Of a stretch of DNA of 64,000 bases, positions 53,773 through 64,000 are shown piece by piece. Source of the DNA: TPA_inf: Saccharomyces (Eukaryota); NCBI GenBank assembly GCA_000146045.2, contig BK006948.2, positions 896,001 through 960,000 on the forward strand. Direction: 5' to 3'. Made by a program: the position numbers and the translations under genes. The notes below the pieces were generated by a model. It saw only the letters and a program-made list of their open reading frames with translations, was not told the origin of the DNA and did no database searches. Position 1 is the stretch's first letter. Each line of letters opens with the position of its first letter.

Positions 53773-56700
53773 ATGAGACTACTTGCGTTGGTATTGTTAT
53801 TGTTGTGTGCGCCGCTTCGTGCATGGACTTATAGCTTACGATATGGCATACCCGAATCTGCTCAGGTCTGGTCTATTTTAGTTCATTTACTGGGCGATGT
53901 TGATAATCAGCTGTTAACTAATTTATATCCTTTGGTTACCGGTTTGGATGACGAGATTGATATTCAAGAAAATCTTGTGGCGCTAACTTCCAATGTATTA
54001 AGGGAGCGATACGATAAAGAGGATGTGGCTGATTTATTGGAACTGTATGCTAGTCTTTACCCTATGGGTATGATACAGCACGATATCAGTTCCAATGCAG
54101 AACAAGACGATGCAAATAGTAGCTATTTCGTTTTGAATGGTAATAGGTACGAAAAGCCCGACGACGTGTTCTACTTGAAATCTAAGGATTTAACAATTCA
54201 ACAGAAAGTCCCAGATGTTGATGTTATACAACCTTACGATGTTGTCATTGGTACTAACTCAGAAGCGCCGATATTGATCTTGTACGGTTGTCCTACCGTT
54301 ATTGACTCCGACTTCGAAGAATTCAATAGGAATTTATTTATGGAAGCAATGAATGGAGAGGGAAAATTTAGATTTATTTGGAGATCCACATGTTCCCTTG
54401 ATGGGAAAAGCGTGGAGTATCCCTTAACTCATCCGCTTGAAATTACTTTACAAAATGGTTCTAGAATGAGCTCCATACCTCAATTAAAAAAAATACTATA
54501 TACTGTACCCAAAGAAATATTGGTTGGAGCAGACAACGATGATCAGCTCCATGATCTAGAACCAGAAGAATTACGTGAACTTGATTTGAGAGTAACATCG
54601 TTAATCTCAGAATTTTACCAATATAAAAAGGATATCACAGCCACTCTAAATTTCACCAAAAGTATTGTTAACAACTTTCCACTAATCTCTAAACAACTGA
54701 TTAAGGTTTCATCTGTTAACAAGGATATAATAACAAGTAATGAAGAACTCAATAGTAAAGGCTTCGATTACAACATGCTAGGTCTCTATATTAATGGACA
54801 GAATTGGAAAATTACCTCACTGACTCCGTACAATTTGCTTACTGCTTTAAAAACTGAATACCAAAGTTTACTGAAAATTACGAACCTTTTGCAAGAACTC
54901 GAGCCATCGAAATGCATACTAGATTCCAAGTTTTTACTCAATAAGTTTTCTCAATTTTCATTGGGGAAGTTGCAAAACTTACAACCAATCAAAATGGATC
55001 TCCACACAATTCCAGGGTTCTCAGAATCAGTAATATACTTCAATGATATCGAAAGCGACCCGCAATATGACGAATTAGTAAATAGTGTTCAAGCATTTTT
55101 TGATAAATCGAAATTCGGAGAGTTGCCTGAAATAAAGCAAAACTGGTCAGAGATCATATTCGTTATAGATTTCGCCCGTTTAGAAGATAGTGAGGTGAAG
55201 GAGGCATTGGGTGGGTTGGTTCGTGCCGTTAATGTTGTCTCCCAGGGATATCCGCAAAGAGTCGGACTATTGCCATTTAGTTCAGATAGTGACAAGTCCG
55301 TTGTTAATAAAATTTACGAGCTGAAGAACTCAACTGACAATTTAACAGAATTAAAAAGTTTTTTGGAGACAATGCTGCTTGCAGATGGCCTTTCCGCGAA
55401 TGCAAAACATTCAAAACACATACCAGTTCCAGATGTTTTCCATCTACTTGATGAACTTCAAATTGACGAAACATCAATTATAATCAATGGAGAGATTTAC
55501 CCATTTAGAAAAAATGCTTGGAATTATTTAATTGCAAAAGTTATCAAAAAGGACACTGAATTTATTCGTAAAGAATTGAGCAATTCTTCTCCGAAAAACA
55601 AACAAATTAGCGTAAGGGACTTATTGCATTACAAATCTGCAAATCTGAGACATAATAAATATACACCAAATTATTTTGCTGATTCGGTATATTCTTCGGT
55701 CAACAATACTGCATTGGAAAGCGTATGCTCAGAAAGAATAGGCTACTATACTAAAAATGAAGAATACAATTTATTACACACAATCACATTAGTGGATGAT
55801 TTTGGCTCTATTCATGCTTTGAAAAGATTGAGAAACTTGTTGCATACTTCCTTTGTTGGTGTTAGGATCAGAATCATTCACGTAGGTGATATTTCTGATA
55901 TTTGGTATCAATTGCGTGGAAGTCTTTCCCAAAAAGATCCAATAGGCTCAATAAATACATTTATTGATGCTTTGAAACTTAAAAAGGTAAAAAGTCACAC
56001 GTACAAAAAAAGCGGCTTAAACCAGTTAGGCCTTCATAAATGGCTTCCTGACATTCCATTATTTGAATTGCAAAAGGGTTCATTTATTGCTTTGAACGGT
56101 AGATTTATTCATCTTGATCAAAATGAAGTGCCAGAAACAGAACATTTCGAAGCAATCATAAAGAGAGAAGCTCTAAGAACGATCGATTCAGTTTTCGCCC
56201 TAGATTTACTTTTTCCAGGTTTCTCACAGGAAATAATCAATCCTGATTTGATAGAAATGATCTCCTCCATTTTAACTAGGTTGTTTTACCAAGGTACACA
56301 TATATACAATAATGGTATTGATTATACCACTGAAAGTAGCTTACCAAGAATGGATTTGAGCGAGTTTTTTAGACCTAATAATTTAACGATGTTTGAAGAT
56401 GGAAAATCAGCTTCTATTGATTTACTACTAATTTTAGATCCACTTGAAGAGAGAACGCAAATGATTCTTTCTCTTGTTGAGCAATTCAGGCCTTTGAAAT
56501 TTGTTAATATTCAGGTAATTTTAATGCCGACACTGGAATTAAACATTGTCCCTATTAGAAGAATATACGTTGATGACGCAGATATTGTCAAATCAATAAC
56601 TTCTGAGGATAGCAGATCAGATCCAGAAGTAGATATTGAAATGGATGTTCCTAATTCTTTCATTGTAGATAATAATTATCGGATAAAAAAATTGCTCATA

Positions 56701-57870
56701 GAATTACATTCCTTCTCTAGCAAAACAGTCCTTTCAACTGGCAATATTGATGGTATGGGGGGTGTATGCCTAGCACTTGTCGATTCTGCAGGGAACATTA
56801 TTGACAAAACTACAACAATGAAAACCTTTGGCTATGGACAATTTCATACCGACAAATTTTTAAAGGGTTGCTATATAAAAAGTTGTGATTCAAGATATAC
56901 CGTTCAGTCATTTTCTACTGACGGGCATCCCGACTTTATACCATCAGATTCCTTGGATATACTGTCGTACAATCCACAAAAAATCGCTGTAAAAATTTCA
57001 GAAGAGCCTACACACGAGGAAGAATACGAGGAAGGTCGCAACAATGATACAATAATCAATATTTTTACTATTTTAGAGTCCGGGCCAGATGAGGAAGAGA
57101 GGTACATGCAAATGATTTTATCCATTTTGTCAAAGTGTCCCGAAACGCAAAAGGTGAATTTTTTCATTTTAGATCAGCCGTTTATCTCCGACACTTTAAG
57201 GAAATCATGTGAGTATATAAATTCCTCTGATGAAATGAGAGGCAATGTCATTTTTTTGAATTATGAATGGCCTCAATGGTTAAGACCGCAAAGATTTTCT
57301 TCAAGGAGAAGGGATGTCTCTAGATTTCTGTTCTTGGATGTCCTTTTACCTCAAAACATCTCCAAAGTGTTATATATGAGTCCAACTGAAGTACCGCTGG
57401 ATCCTTTTGACATTTTTCAATTTCAAGGCCTCAAACGTGCACCTCTAGGACTATTCCGAATGAGTGGTGATGGTTATTGGAAAGAAGGATACTGGGAAAA
57501 AATGTTAAGGGAGAATAATTTAGAATTTTATTCTACCGAACCGGCCTTTTTAGTAAACTTAGAGAGGTTTCGGGAGTTAGATGCTGGTGATAAATACAGG
57601 ATTCACTATCAACGTATTTCTACAGACGCCATGTCTCTTGTCAATATCGGCCAAGATCTAGTTAACAACCTACAACTCGAGGTTCCGATTAGGTTTCTCA
57701 AGGGATCGTATAAGAAGAAATTAGTTATTAATGATGAATGTGTTTCTGAATGGAAGAAAAAAATAAATAAGTTCGCATCCTCTCCTGGCGATGAAGACGT
57801 ACCTGGAGAAAGTGTTAGCAGCAAATACCAAGATTCCGACAATGCCGCTCCTCTGCATGACGAATTATAA
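53773..57870 (+). CDS. KRE5: ER UDP-glucose:glycoprotein glucosyltransferase-like protein required for beta-1,6-glucan synthesis
   Basis: The ORF has an N-terminal signal peptide, a C-terminal glycosyltransferase-8-like domain and a terminal HDEL ER-retention signal. Recognised as Kre5 (YOR336W). The track ORF begins 5 codons earlier (MPLLIM...). I chose the ATG at 53773 (MRLLALVLLLL...) to match the 1365-aa protein I recall. Confidence 0.85.
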   Translation: MRLLALVLLLLCAPLRAWTYSLRYGIPESAQVWSILVHLLGDVDNQLLTNLYPLVTGLDDEIDIQENLVALTSNVLRERYDKEDVADLLELYASLYPMGMIQHDISSNAEQDDANSSYFVLNGNRYEKPDDVFYLKSKDLTIQQKVPDVDVIQPYDVVIGTNSEAPILILYGCPTVIDSDFEEFNRNLFMEAMNGEGKFRFIWRSTCSLDGKSVEYPLTHPLEITLQNGSRMSSIPQLKKILYTVPKEILVGADNDDQLHDLEPEELRELDLRVTSLISEFYQYKKDITATLNFTKSIVNNFPLISKQLIKVSSVNKDIITSNEELNSKGFDYNMLGLYINGQNWKITSLTPYNLLTALKTEYQSLLKITNLLQELEPSKCILDSKFLLNKFSQFSLGKLQNLQPIKMDLHTIPGFSESVIYFNDIESDPQYDELVNSVQAFFDKSKFGELPEIKQNWSEIIFVIDFARLEDSEVKEALGGLVRAVNVVSQGYPQRVGLLPFSSDSDKSVVNKIYELKNSTDNLTELKSFLETMLLADGLSANAKHSKHIPVPDVFHLLDELQIDETSIIINGEIYPFRKNAWNYLIAKVIKKDTEFIRKELSNSSPKNKQISVRDLLHYKSANLRHNKYTPNYFADSVYSSVNNTALESVCSERIGYYTKNEEYNLLHTITLVDDFGSIHALKRLRNLLHTSFVGVRIRIIHVGDISDIWYQLRGSLSQKDPIGSINTFIDALKLKKVKSHTYKKSGLNQLGLHKWLPDIPLFELQKGSFIALNGRFIHLDQNEVPETEHFEAIIKREALRTIDSVFALDLLFPGFSQEIINPDLIEMISSILTRLFYQGTHIYNNGIDYTTESSLPRMDLSEFFRPNNLTMFEDGKSASIDLLLILDPLEERTQMILSLVEQFRPLKFVNIQVILMPTLELNIVPIRRIYVDDADIVKSITSEDSRSDPEVDIEMDVPNSFIVDNNYRIKKLLIELHSFSSKTVLSTGNIDGMGGVCLALVDSAGNIIDKTTTMKTFGYGQFHTDKFLKGCYIKSCDSRYTVQSFSTDGHPDFIPSDSLDILSYNPQKIAVKISEEPTHEEEYEEGRNNDTIINIFTILESGPDEEERYMQMILSILSKCPETQKVNFFILDQPFISDTLRKSCEYINSSDEMRGNVIFLNYEWPQWLRPQRFSSRRRDVSRFLFLDVLLPQNISKVLYMSPTEVPLDPFDIFQFQGLKRAPLGLFRMSGDGYWKEGYWEKMLRENNLEFYSTEPAFLVNLERFRELDAGDKYRIHYQRISTDAMSLVNIGQDLVNNLQLEVPIRFLKGSYKKKLVINDECVSEWKKKINKFASSPGDEDVPGESVSSKYQDSDNAAPLHDEL

Positions 57871-58136
57871 CTACTCGCAGGAAGAGTTCATTACGCGACG
57901 GTTCCAAGAGCGTGAAAGAATTGCTTCTGCGCATAAGTCTTCTTCCATAATAGATTTTTATATCATTTTTAGAACATAAAATTTCTCGCCAAGAGTTTTT
58001 TAAGTAAAAGCAGATTATCCAGTAACATGGGTTCCGCTTTTTGAGCGAATACTATGAACGAGTTTTGCCCGTGCTCCCCATGACTCATTAGATTCTTTGA
58101 TGACAAAAGATCACTGGCAGAAGTCTGTTTCGCTTC

Positions 58137-58167
58137 TTTTCTTTTTTTTTTTTTTTTTTTTTTTTTT
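58137..58167. repeat. poly(dT) tract (about 26 uninterrupted T) upstream of TEA1
   Basis: Read directly, about 180 bp upstream of the TEA1 ATG. Confidence 0.85.
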
Positions 58168-58343
58168 CGAGCAGATTGCAATCAGCGATGAGACAAAAAT
58201 GGAAAGTAGGTATGGGCTGACGATTGCCTAAACGGTTATCAATTGGTTACTATAAACGCCTCTATTATATGAATATACCTATTTATTGAATCCCTTCATT
58301 AATATTTAAGAAGACAGAGGCTATATATCATCTGGATCAAAAA

Positions 58344-60623
58344 ATGACAGCGCCATTGTGGCCAAACAAGAATGAAAAAAACCACACAGTTAAAAGAGCG
58401 TTATCAACGGATATGACCAGCAATATTTTGAGTAGCACAAACGCGAGCTCAAACGAAGAAAATTCTAGGAGTTCTTCTGCAGCCAATGTACGCTCCGGAA
58501 CAGGTGCAAATACACTTACTAATGGCGGCAGTACTAGAAAGAGACTTGCGTGCACTAATTGTAGAAATAGAAGGAAAAAATGTGATTTAGGATTTCCCTG
58601 TGGTAACTGTTCCAGGTTGGAATTGGTTTGTAATGTTAATGACGAGGACTTAAGAAAGAAGCGGTACACTAATAAATATGTCAAGTCTTTGGAGAGCCAT
58701 ATTGCTCAACTGGAGACCAACTTAAAAAACCTAGTTCAGAAGATCTACCCTGACGATGAGCAAATACTGAACCGAATGATGGTAGGTGATGTATTATCAG
58801 CTCTACCAGACAGTTCACAAGTCTCAATCAATTATACTGACCAAACTCCCTCTCTTCCAATTCCCGCAACCAGAGGTACATTCATTATTGAAAACGATAA
58901 GGTCAGTCAACCTCTATCGTCCTTTAACCAACAAACAGAGCCATCTACTCTAAACTCGGGTATCTTCAACACCCAAAAACAAAATTTCGAAGAATCCCTT
59001 GATGATCAGTTACTTTTACGAAGATCGTTAACACCGCAAGGTGAAAAAAAGAAGAAACCGTTGGTAAAAGGTAGTCTTTATCCTGAAGGACCTGTCAGTT
59101 ACAAACGGAAGCACCCCGTAAAATCGGACAGTTTATTGCCTGTGTCTTCGTTAACAGCTGCTACAGACCCATCTACTTTTTCTGACGGTATAACTGCTGG
59201 TAATTCCGTCCTAGTTAATGGTGAACTGAAAAAACGTATATCCGACTTGAAGACCACCGTAATAGTAAGAGGACTAAACGATGATAATCCCAACTCTATC
59301 AATAACGATCCCAGGATTTTAAAATCTCTTTCCAATTTCTATAAGTGGCTGTATCCAGGTTATTTTATTTTTGTTCACAGAGAAAGTTTTCTTTATGGAT
59401 TCTTCAATCACTCCAAGAATAACTATGAAGACTCAAGTTACTGTTCTGTCGAATTGATATATGCCATGTGCGCTGTCGGTTCGAGGCTTACACCGGATCT
59501 ACAAGAATATTCAGAAGTGTATTATCAACGAAGTAAGAAGACTTTATTACAGCTCGTCTTTGATGAGCAAAGTACAGCCCGTATCACCACCGTCCAAGCG
59601 CTATTTTGCTTAGCCTTTTACGAACTGGGGAAGGGTAATAATCAATTAGGGTGGTACTTCTCGGGCCTGGCTATCAGGGTCGGCTACGACATGGGATTTC
59701 AACTGGACCCTAAAGTCTGGTACGTTGATGATAACAATCTGCAGCTGACCCAAAGTGAGTTGGAAATAAGATCAAGGATTTACTGGGGTTGCTATATAGC
59801 GGATCATTTTATTTGCCTGATGTTGGGTAGAACGTCCACATTAAGCGTTAGTAACTCAACCATGCCAGAGTCGGATGAGCTGCCAGAAGTCAACGGCACC
59901 GAAGAGTTCAGATTTATTGGAAGACATGTTTTACAGATATCCTTGCCTCTGAAAAACTTGATAATTCTATCAAGGCTTGTACAAATCTTCACCTCTAAAA
60001 TTTTCATCGAGTCGGAAGATATAGCACGAAAACTAAAGTACTTGAACACTTTCAATTCTCAGGTTTACAACTGGAGACAATCTCTACCGGAATTTTTGCA
60101 ATGGTCGAAAACACTCATCGAGAACGATGACGTATCCACAGACCCCACTATATCTTACTTCTGGTATTGCTACTACATAGTGCGGCTCACCTTTAACAAG
60201 CCATTTATAGAAGACTCTCAAGAATCCGAAACGGTAGTCATAGAGATCATCGATGATTTGAAGACTTTGCTGGACAATTTCGGGAAAAAATTCGGAAACT
60301 ACACGAAGGGAAACCTTTACCAACTTTACTCATGCCTGTTGGCCATCAACTGTTTGAAGAAGTTGAAAGAGATACGTTCCAGTGAGCAAGACTCATGGAA
60401 TGCACAATTGGATTTTTTCAATCACATCTTCTACACACAACTATATCCCGCATATGATCTGCCGAAAAAGCTGCAGGAGGATACGGAGCTGGAAACAGAA
60501 CAAGAAAACCAGATGTTGAACCAAGTTGGAAATATAAACTACACGCACGATTTTTCACTCTCCCACGAAATTGACGATCTTATCAGAGAACTGTTTGGGG
60601 TGGGCACACCTCAAAAACTCTGA
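58344..60623 (+). CDS. TEA1: Zn2Cys6 transcription factor (Ty1 enhancer activator)
   Basis: 759-aa ORF with an N-terminal Zn2Cys6 cluster (CTNCRNRRKKCDLGFPCGNCSRLELVC) and a fungal-specific transcription-factor middle domain. Recognised as Tea1 (YOR337W). Confidence 0.88.
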   Translation: MTAPLWPNKNEKNHTVKRALSTDMTSNILSSTNASSNEENSRSSSAANVRSGTGANTLTNGGSTRKRLACTNCRNRRKKCDLGFPCGNCSRLELVCNVNDEDLRKKRYTNKYVKSLESHIAQLETNLKNLVQKIYPDDEQILNRMMVGDVLSALPDSSQVSINYTDQTPSLPIPATRGTFIIENDKVSQPLSSFNQQTEPSTLNSGIFNTQKQNFEESLDDQLLLRRSLTPQGEKKKKPLVKGSLYPEGPVSYKRKHPVKSDSLLPVSSLTAATDPSTFSDGITAGNSVLVNGELKKRISDLKTTVIVRGLNDDNPNSINNDPRILKSLSNFYKWLYPGYFIFVHRESFLYGFFNHSKNNYEDSSYCSVELIYAMCAVGSRLTPDLQEYSEVYYQRSKKTLLQLVFDEQSTARITTVQALFCLAFYELGKGNNQLGWYFSGLAIRVGYDMGFQLDPKVWYVDDNNLQLTQSELEIRSRIYWGCYIADHFICLMLGRTSTLSVSNSTMPESDELPEVNGTEEFRFIGRHVLQISLPLKNLIILSRLVQIFTSKIFIESEDIARKLKYLNTFNSQVYNWRQSLPEFLQWSKTLIENDDVSTDPTISYFWYCYYIVRLTFNKPFIEDSQESETVVIEIIDDLKTLLDNFGKKFGNYTKGNLYQLYSCLLAINCLKKLKEIRSSEQDSWNAQLDFFNHIFYTQLYPAYDLPKKLQEDTELETEQENQMLNQVGNINYTHDFSLSHEIDDLIRELFGVGTPQKL

Positions 60624-60897
60624 CGATCTTTATATTTGTCACCTTTTCCGTATCGGCGGCTAAAAGGCGATGCGGTGCACAGGCGCGGGGTCCCTGGGAA
60701 AAAGAAATGTTCAAATTAACATTTCTTTTTCTTGTTTTGTGGCTCTTCTAGAAGGATTTTTAATCAGCATAGCCTGCGTTAAAATTTTTTACCGGATCTT
60801 ATATATCTAAGACATCTACTCTGTTTAAATACTTAACGAACATCATAGAGAATCAACTAATAATATAGATTAGAAAAGAGAATTTTTTTCGACTGCG

Positions 60898-61989
60898 ATG
60901 CTAGATAACATGCAATTTCATTCTCCAGCACCGGAACATCCTCAATTGAATGGGGGTATTAACAAAATTCCCGCTTCCCACAAAATAGGTTACAAATTAA
61001 ACCAGCAAGTGCAGAGATTGGCTGTGGTCAGGAATAATATTGAAGAGAGATTGAACTCGATGGAATCCTCACACGGACAGATATCCGATAGTAGCGTTGT
61101 CCGTGCTATCGATGCAAGTATCGATGACTTCCTAATACCTTCACCTCCATTATCGCCAAAGCTGAGGCAATGCCCCATAATAAGCCAGCCTCAGCTGGTT
61201 AATGTGGAAAGCGACCATAGGGAGCTGATCATGTTGACCCCCGTTTGGGAAGCGGGCTTGAACTCTCAGAAGTACAACCATAATACAAGGAATTTCTTAT
61301 CGCAATATAGCTTCTTCCGAGATATGAAAACAACGAAAAGGATTCCTAACAAAGAAAATAGGAAATTGAAAGTGGTAAAATCTGTTGTGAACTCAGAAGC
61401 TCTGCCCAAGAGAAGAAGATACGATAGGAAAATTAAGAGAAGATCAAGGGAGTTGTACGAAGATGATGGAAACAGGTCAGAAAACTATGATGAAGAAAGT
61501 GCTCAAGAAGTTCCAGTTAGATCAGTGACTCCGATACGTCAAGTTAAAAGGTCTCTTCATACTATTTCTTCGCCATTGGCCTCACAGGGCGTAGTGAATA
61601 ATGTCCCCAAGTATATTCCAAGCATGTCGTGGGAAAAGTTGCCGGATTACTCACCTCCTCTTCACACTTTGCCGAATAGTAATAATAAAGTTTTAAAAGT
61701 GGAATGGAAAGGCTCTCCAATGGACTTGAATCATGATCCTCTCAAACAGCGTCTGCATCCTGCAGAACTAGTTCTCGCACAGATTCTGAGACTTCCATGT
61801 GATCTTTATTTGGACTCTAAAAGAAGATTTTTCTTGGAAAAAGTTCATAGATTCAAAAAGGGGTTGCCGTTCAGGAGAACGGATGCTCAAAAGGCTTGTA
61901 GAATAGACGTTAATAAAGCATCAAGGCTATTTGCAGCATTTGAAAAGGTAGGTTGGTTACAAGATAAACATTTTGAAAAGTATTTGTAA
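60898..61989 (+). CDS. Uncharacterised protein, paralog of Fun19 (SWIRM-like C-terminal region)
   Basis: 363-aa ORF. By position and sequence it matches YOR338W. I do not recall a standard gene name. Confidence 0.75.
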   Translation: MLDNMQFHSPAPEHPQLNGGINKIPASHKIGYKLNQQVQRLAVVRNNIEERLNSMESSHGQISDSSVVRAIDASIDDFLIPSPPLSPKLRQCPIISQPQLVNVESDHRELIMLTPVWEAGLNSQKYNHNTRNFLSQYSFFRDMKTTKRIPNKENRKLKVVKSVVNSEALPKRRRYDRKIKRRSRELYEDDGNRSENYDEESAQEVPVRSVTPIRQVKRSLHTISSPLASQGVVNNVPKYIPSMSWEKLPDYSPPLHTLPNSNNKVLKVEWKGSPMDLNHDPLKQRLHPAELVLAQILRLPCDLYLDSKRRFFLEKVHRFKKGLPFRRTDAQKACRIDVNKASRLFAAFEKVGWLQDKHFEKYL

Positions 61990-62361
61990 GAAAGAGGCGG
62001 TACGCCTTTGGGATAGCGTATCGTTTCATCGTTTAAACGAGCAAATTTGATAAGTACGGAATATGACAGTCTCATTGAGTAATACAGAATTGAGGCGTTT
62101 AAATGGTTATGGTTAAGGGTTACGGTTACGGTTTTTTATTCTTAGAACACATTTGATATATTTTTATTTATGGTTTTTTACATATAGATTTCGTTCATAT
62201 ATGAGGTTTTCTTTTTATATTAATTATATTTCTTCGGTTGTTACGTTATCAATTTTGTTATTGAATTATTACGGGTTATGAACGCCGTAGAAAAATAGCA
62301 TTGGAGTTTGAGAGTCTGTGGCTTTTCTGTCACATCATTTTTTCGTCTAACTTAGGTTAAC

Positions 62362-62832
62362 TCAGTAATCGTCGATTTCTTCATAACAGGCCAGGACCTT
62401 TTTTCTGTATTCCTCCATATCTGCATCCCAAAGTTCTGCTGCCACAGCGTTCAGCGGAGATCTGTTATTTGGTTCGCCAAGTAATGACTGCAATGACAAT
62501 AGAATTGTTTCTACATTATACACTGCAGACCATTTCTCTTTCAGAATGTCCAAACAAATGTTGCCACTCTTATCCACGTTTGGATGCCACATTGGACTCA
62601 AAAATTTAATCATTGGCGGATGGAAAGGATAGTTTTGAGGAAACTTCAATGAAACCTTGAATTTAAGTCCACTATACGGTGTGTCTTTAGGGCCTGTAAT
62701 ATACCCTACCCAGTATGTTAAATCATTATCGTCTACGGGAAACGCACTAATACTTTCTGTTGTAGAACTAAGTAGCTGTAGCAGCTCATTTTGTAAACGT
62801 TTCGTCACGCAACCACCCTCTTCTACTGCCAT
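62362..62832 (-). CDS. UBC11: Ubiquitin-conjugating enzyme E2
   Basis: 156-aa UBC fold with HPN...C active-site context ([15 protein letters not shown]). Recognised as Ubc11 (YOR339C). Confidence 0.88.
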
Positions 62833-63201
62833 TCTATACTAGCAAGCCTCGAATCATACAGGTTTTGTAGCACCTATAAGATGTAAAATATGAAAAATTT
62901 TTTCTGATATCTCATTTATCCAGTGTCAGAAGCATGTTTTGTGTCGCTATTAGTCAACGCTTTTTCCTTGAAAATCTCTTTCTAATAATGACATCATTAA
63001 AAAGAGTCCATTAACGTTATAAAGGAAAAATATTTCAAATTAAGCTTCATTACTGTTGATATATTGTCGAATTTGCCACGGTTTAGCTACGTATGCAGGA
63101 CTATTGATTATCAGCACTGTAATAATGTACAATTATTTATATTATCCTATATCAATAACGTATATCTTTATTTGTTTTGATTTTTTCTCATTTTTCCCGT
63201 C

Positions 63202-64000
63202 CTAATCACTATCACTCGATTCACCATCATTGCTTTCACTGGTGTTTTCCTCGTATACGATCTCTGAACCATTATCTTCTTTTACTTCAGGTAAGTCTAG
63301 TTCCTTGTGGCTCTCTTTGTTTTCGATTGAAACTTCGTCATCAAATACAATTTTTTTGTTTGAAACTATAGGTAAACTTTCAGCTTGGGAACGAGAGCTG
63401 TTATAGCCATTGCCTTCTTCGTCGGCGTCACTTATTAATGTACCGTCCACAGAAACAACTCTTCCTGTAGTATGAACATTTCTCACTGTGAACCTCAATT
63501 TACCGTCAATGGGTTCACCATTAGAATCTACCCAGTGGCCCAAAGATCTGTTTCCAAAGGAAAATTTGCCCAAACTATTGCTTCCACCATTGCTATCCTT
63601 GTTATCTTCGTTATTATTGTTTCCATTATTTTCATCTGTGTTTATCACGTCAGCATCTTCTTCCACGTCGTTATGGACAAAGGTCCAATCCACAGGGATA
63701 TTATTCTTTTTGATACTAGCATTAAACGCATCATGAATCAAAAGACCAATGTGTGAGGCGGATTGAATGAAAATGTAACCTTCCAAAACATCTCCAACTT
63801 GTGGCTGCCAAACGTATAGGTTTACATGGCACCAAGTAAATCCAAAAGGGGTATCGGGTGTGATTTTTATTAGTTTTTCTGATGTATCTTCTTTGCTTAA
63901 AGGATCAGCATCAAGAATTTTCAACCCTTCATAACCTAGCACAACACCTCCAACTTTGTTGTTATATTTCATTACTAATGGGTTCAAGTGCTGCTTCATG
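63202..64000 (-). CDS. RPA43: RNA polymerase I subunit A43, C-terminal ~266 codons (partial; N-terminus lies beyond window end)
   Basis: The reading frame is open to the window edge. The ...[32 protein letters not shown]... and acidic Ser/Asp-rich C-terminus are recognised as Rpa43 (YOR340C). The track's M at 63999 is internal. Confidence 0.85.

Overview
This window reads as a well-characterised 64-kb stretch of the Saccharomyces cerevisiae chromosome XV right arm, covering the systematic names YOR308C through YOR340C. I see nothing in the sequence that argues for a previously undescribed system. The plus strand here equals the Watson strand.

Gene calls come from recognising the translated products and their known order, not from any search. 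In order they are: SNU66 (N-terminal part only), NOP58, DGK1, RPL20B (with an intron), SPS4, SFG1, COT1, FAA1, HSH49, GNT1, PMT3, LDB19/ART1, PRO2, FRT1, MYO2, SNC2, PDR10, SCD5, MIP1, VMA4, MRS2, ALA1, KRE5, TEA1, YOR338W, UBC11 and RPA43 (which runs off the window end).

The region is gene-dense at about 27 protein genes in 64 kb, with short AT-rich intergenic spacers typical of yeast. I found no tRNA, rRNA, snoRNA, Ty/LTR or telomeric elements, and CRISPR does not apply to a eukaryote.

The ORF track appears to accept non-ATG starts: RPL20B exon 2 'starts' at GTG and the ALA1 extension at TTG. Several track ORFs are longer than the accepted proteins because of in-frame upstream codons (MIP1, ALA1, KRE5, HSH49, possibly FRT1).

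The most interesting sequence-level points are: (i) the RPL20B intron, which splits the start codon as A|TG; (ii) an in-frame ACG-ACG pair 25 codons upstream of the ALA1 ATG, matching the known non-AUG-initiated mitochondrial isoform; (iii) an in-frame ATG 26 codons upstream of the MIP1 start; (iv) recognisable cis-elements in several promoters; (v) tandem peptide repeats in SCD5 and SNU66; and (vi) several long poly(dT) tracts.

The remaining antisense and overlapping ORFs in the track correspond to ORFs I believe are catalogued as dubious (YOR309C, YOR314W, YOR318C, YOR325W, YOR331C, YOR333C), and I treat them as spurious.
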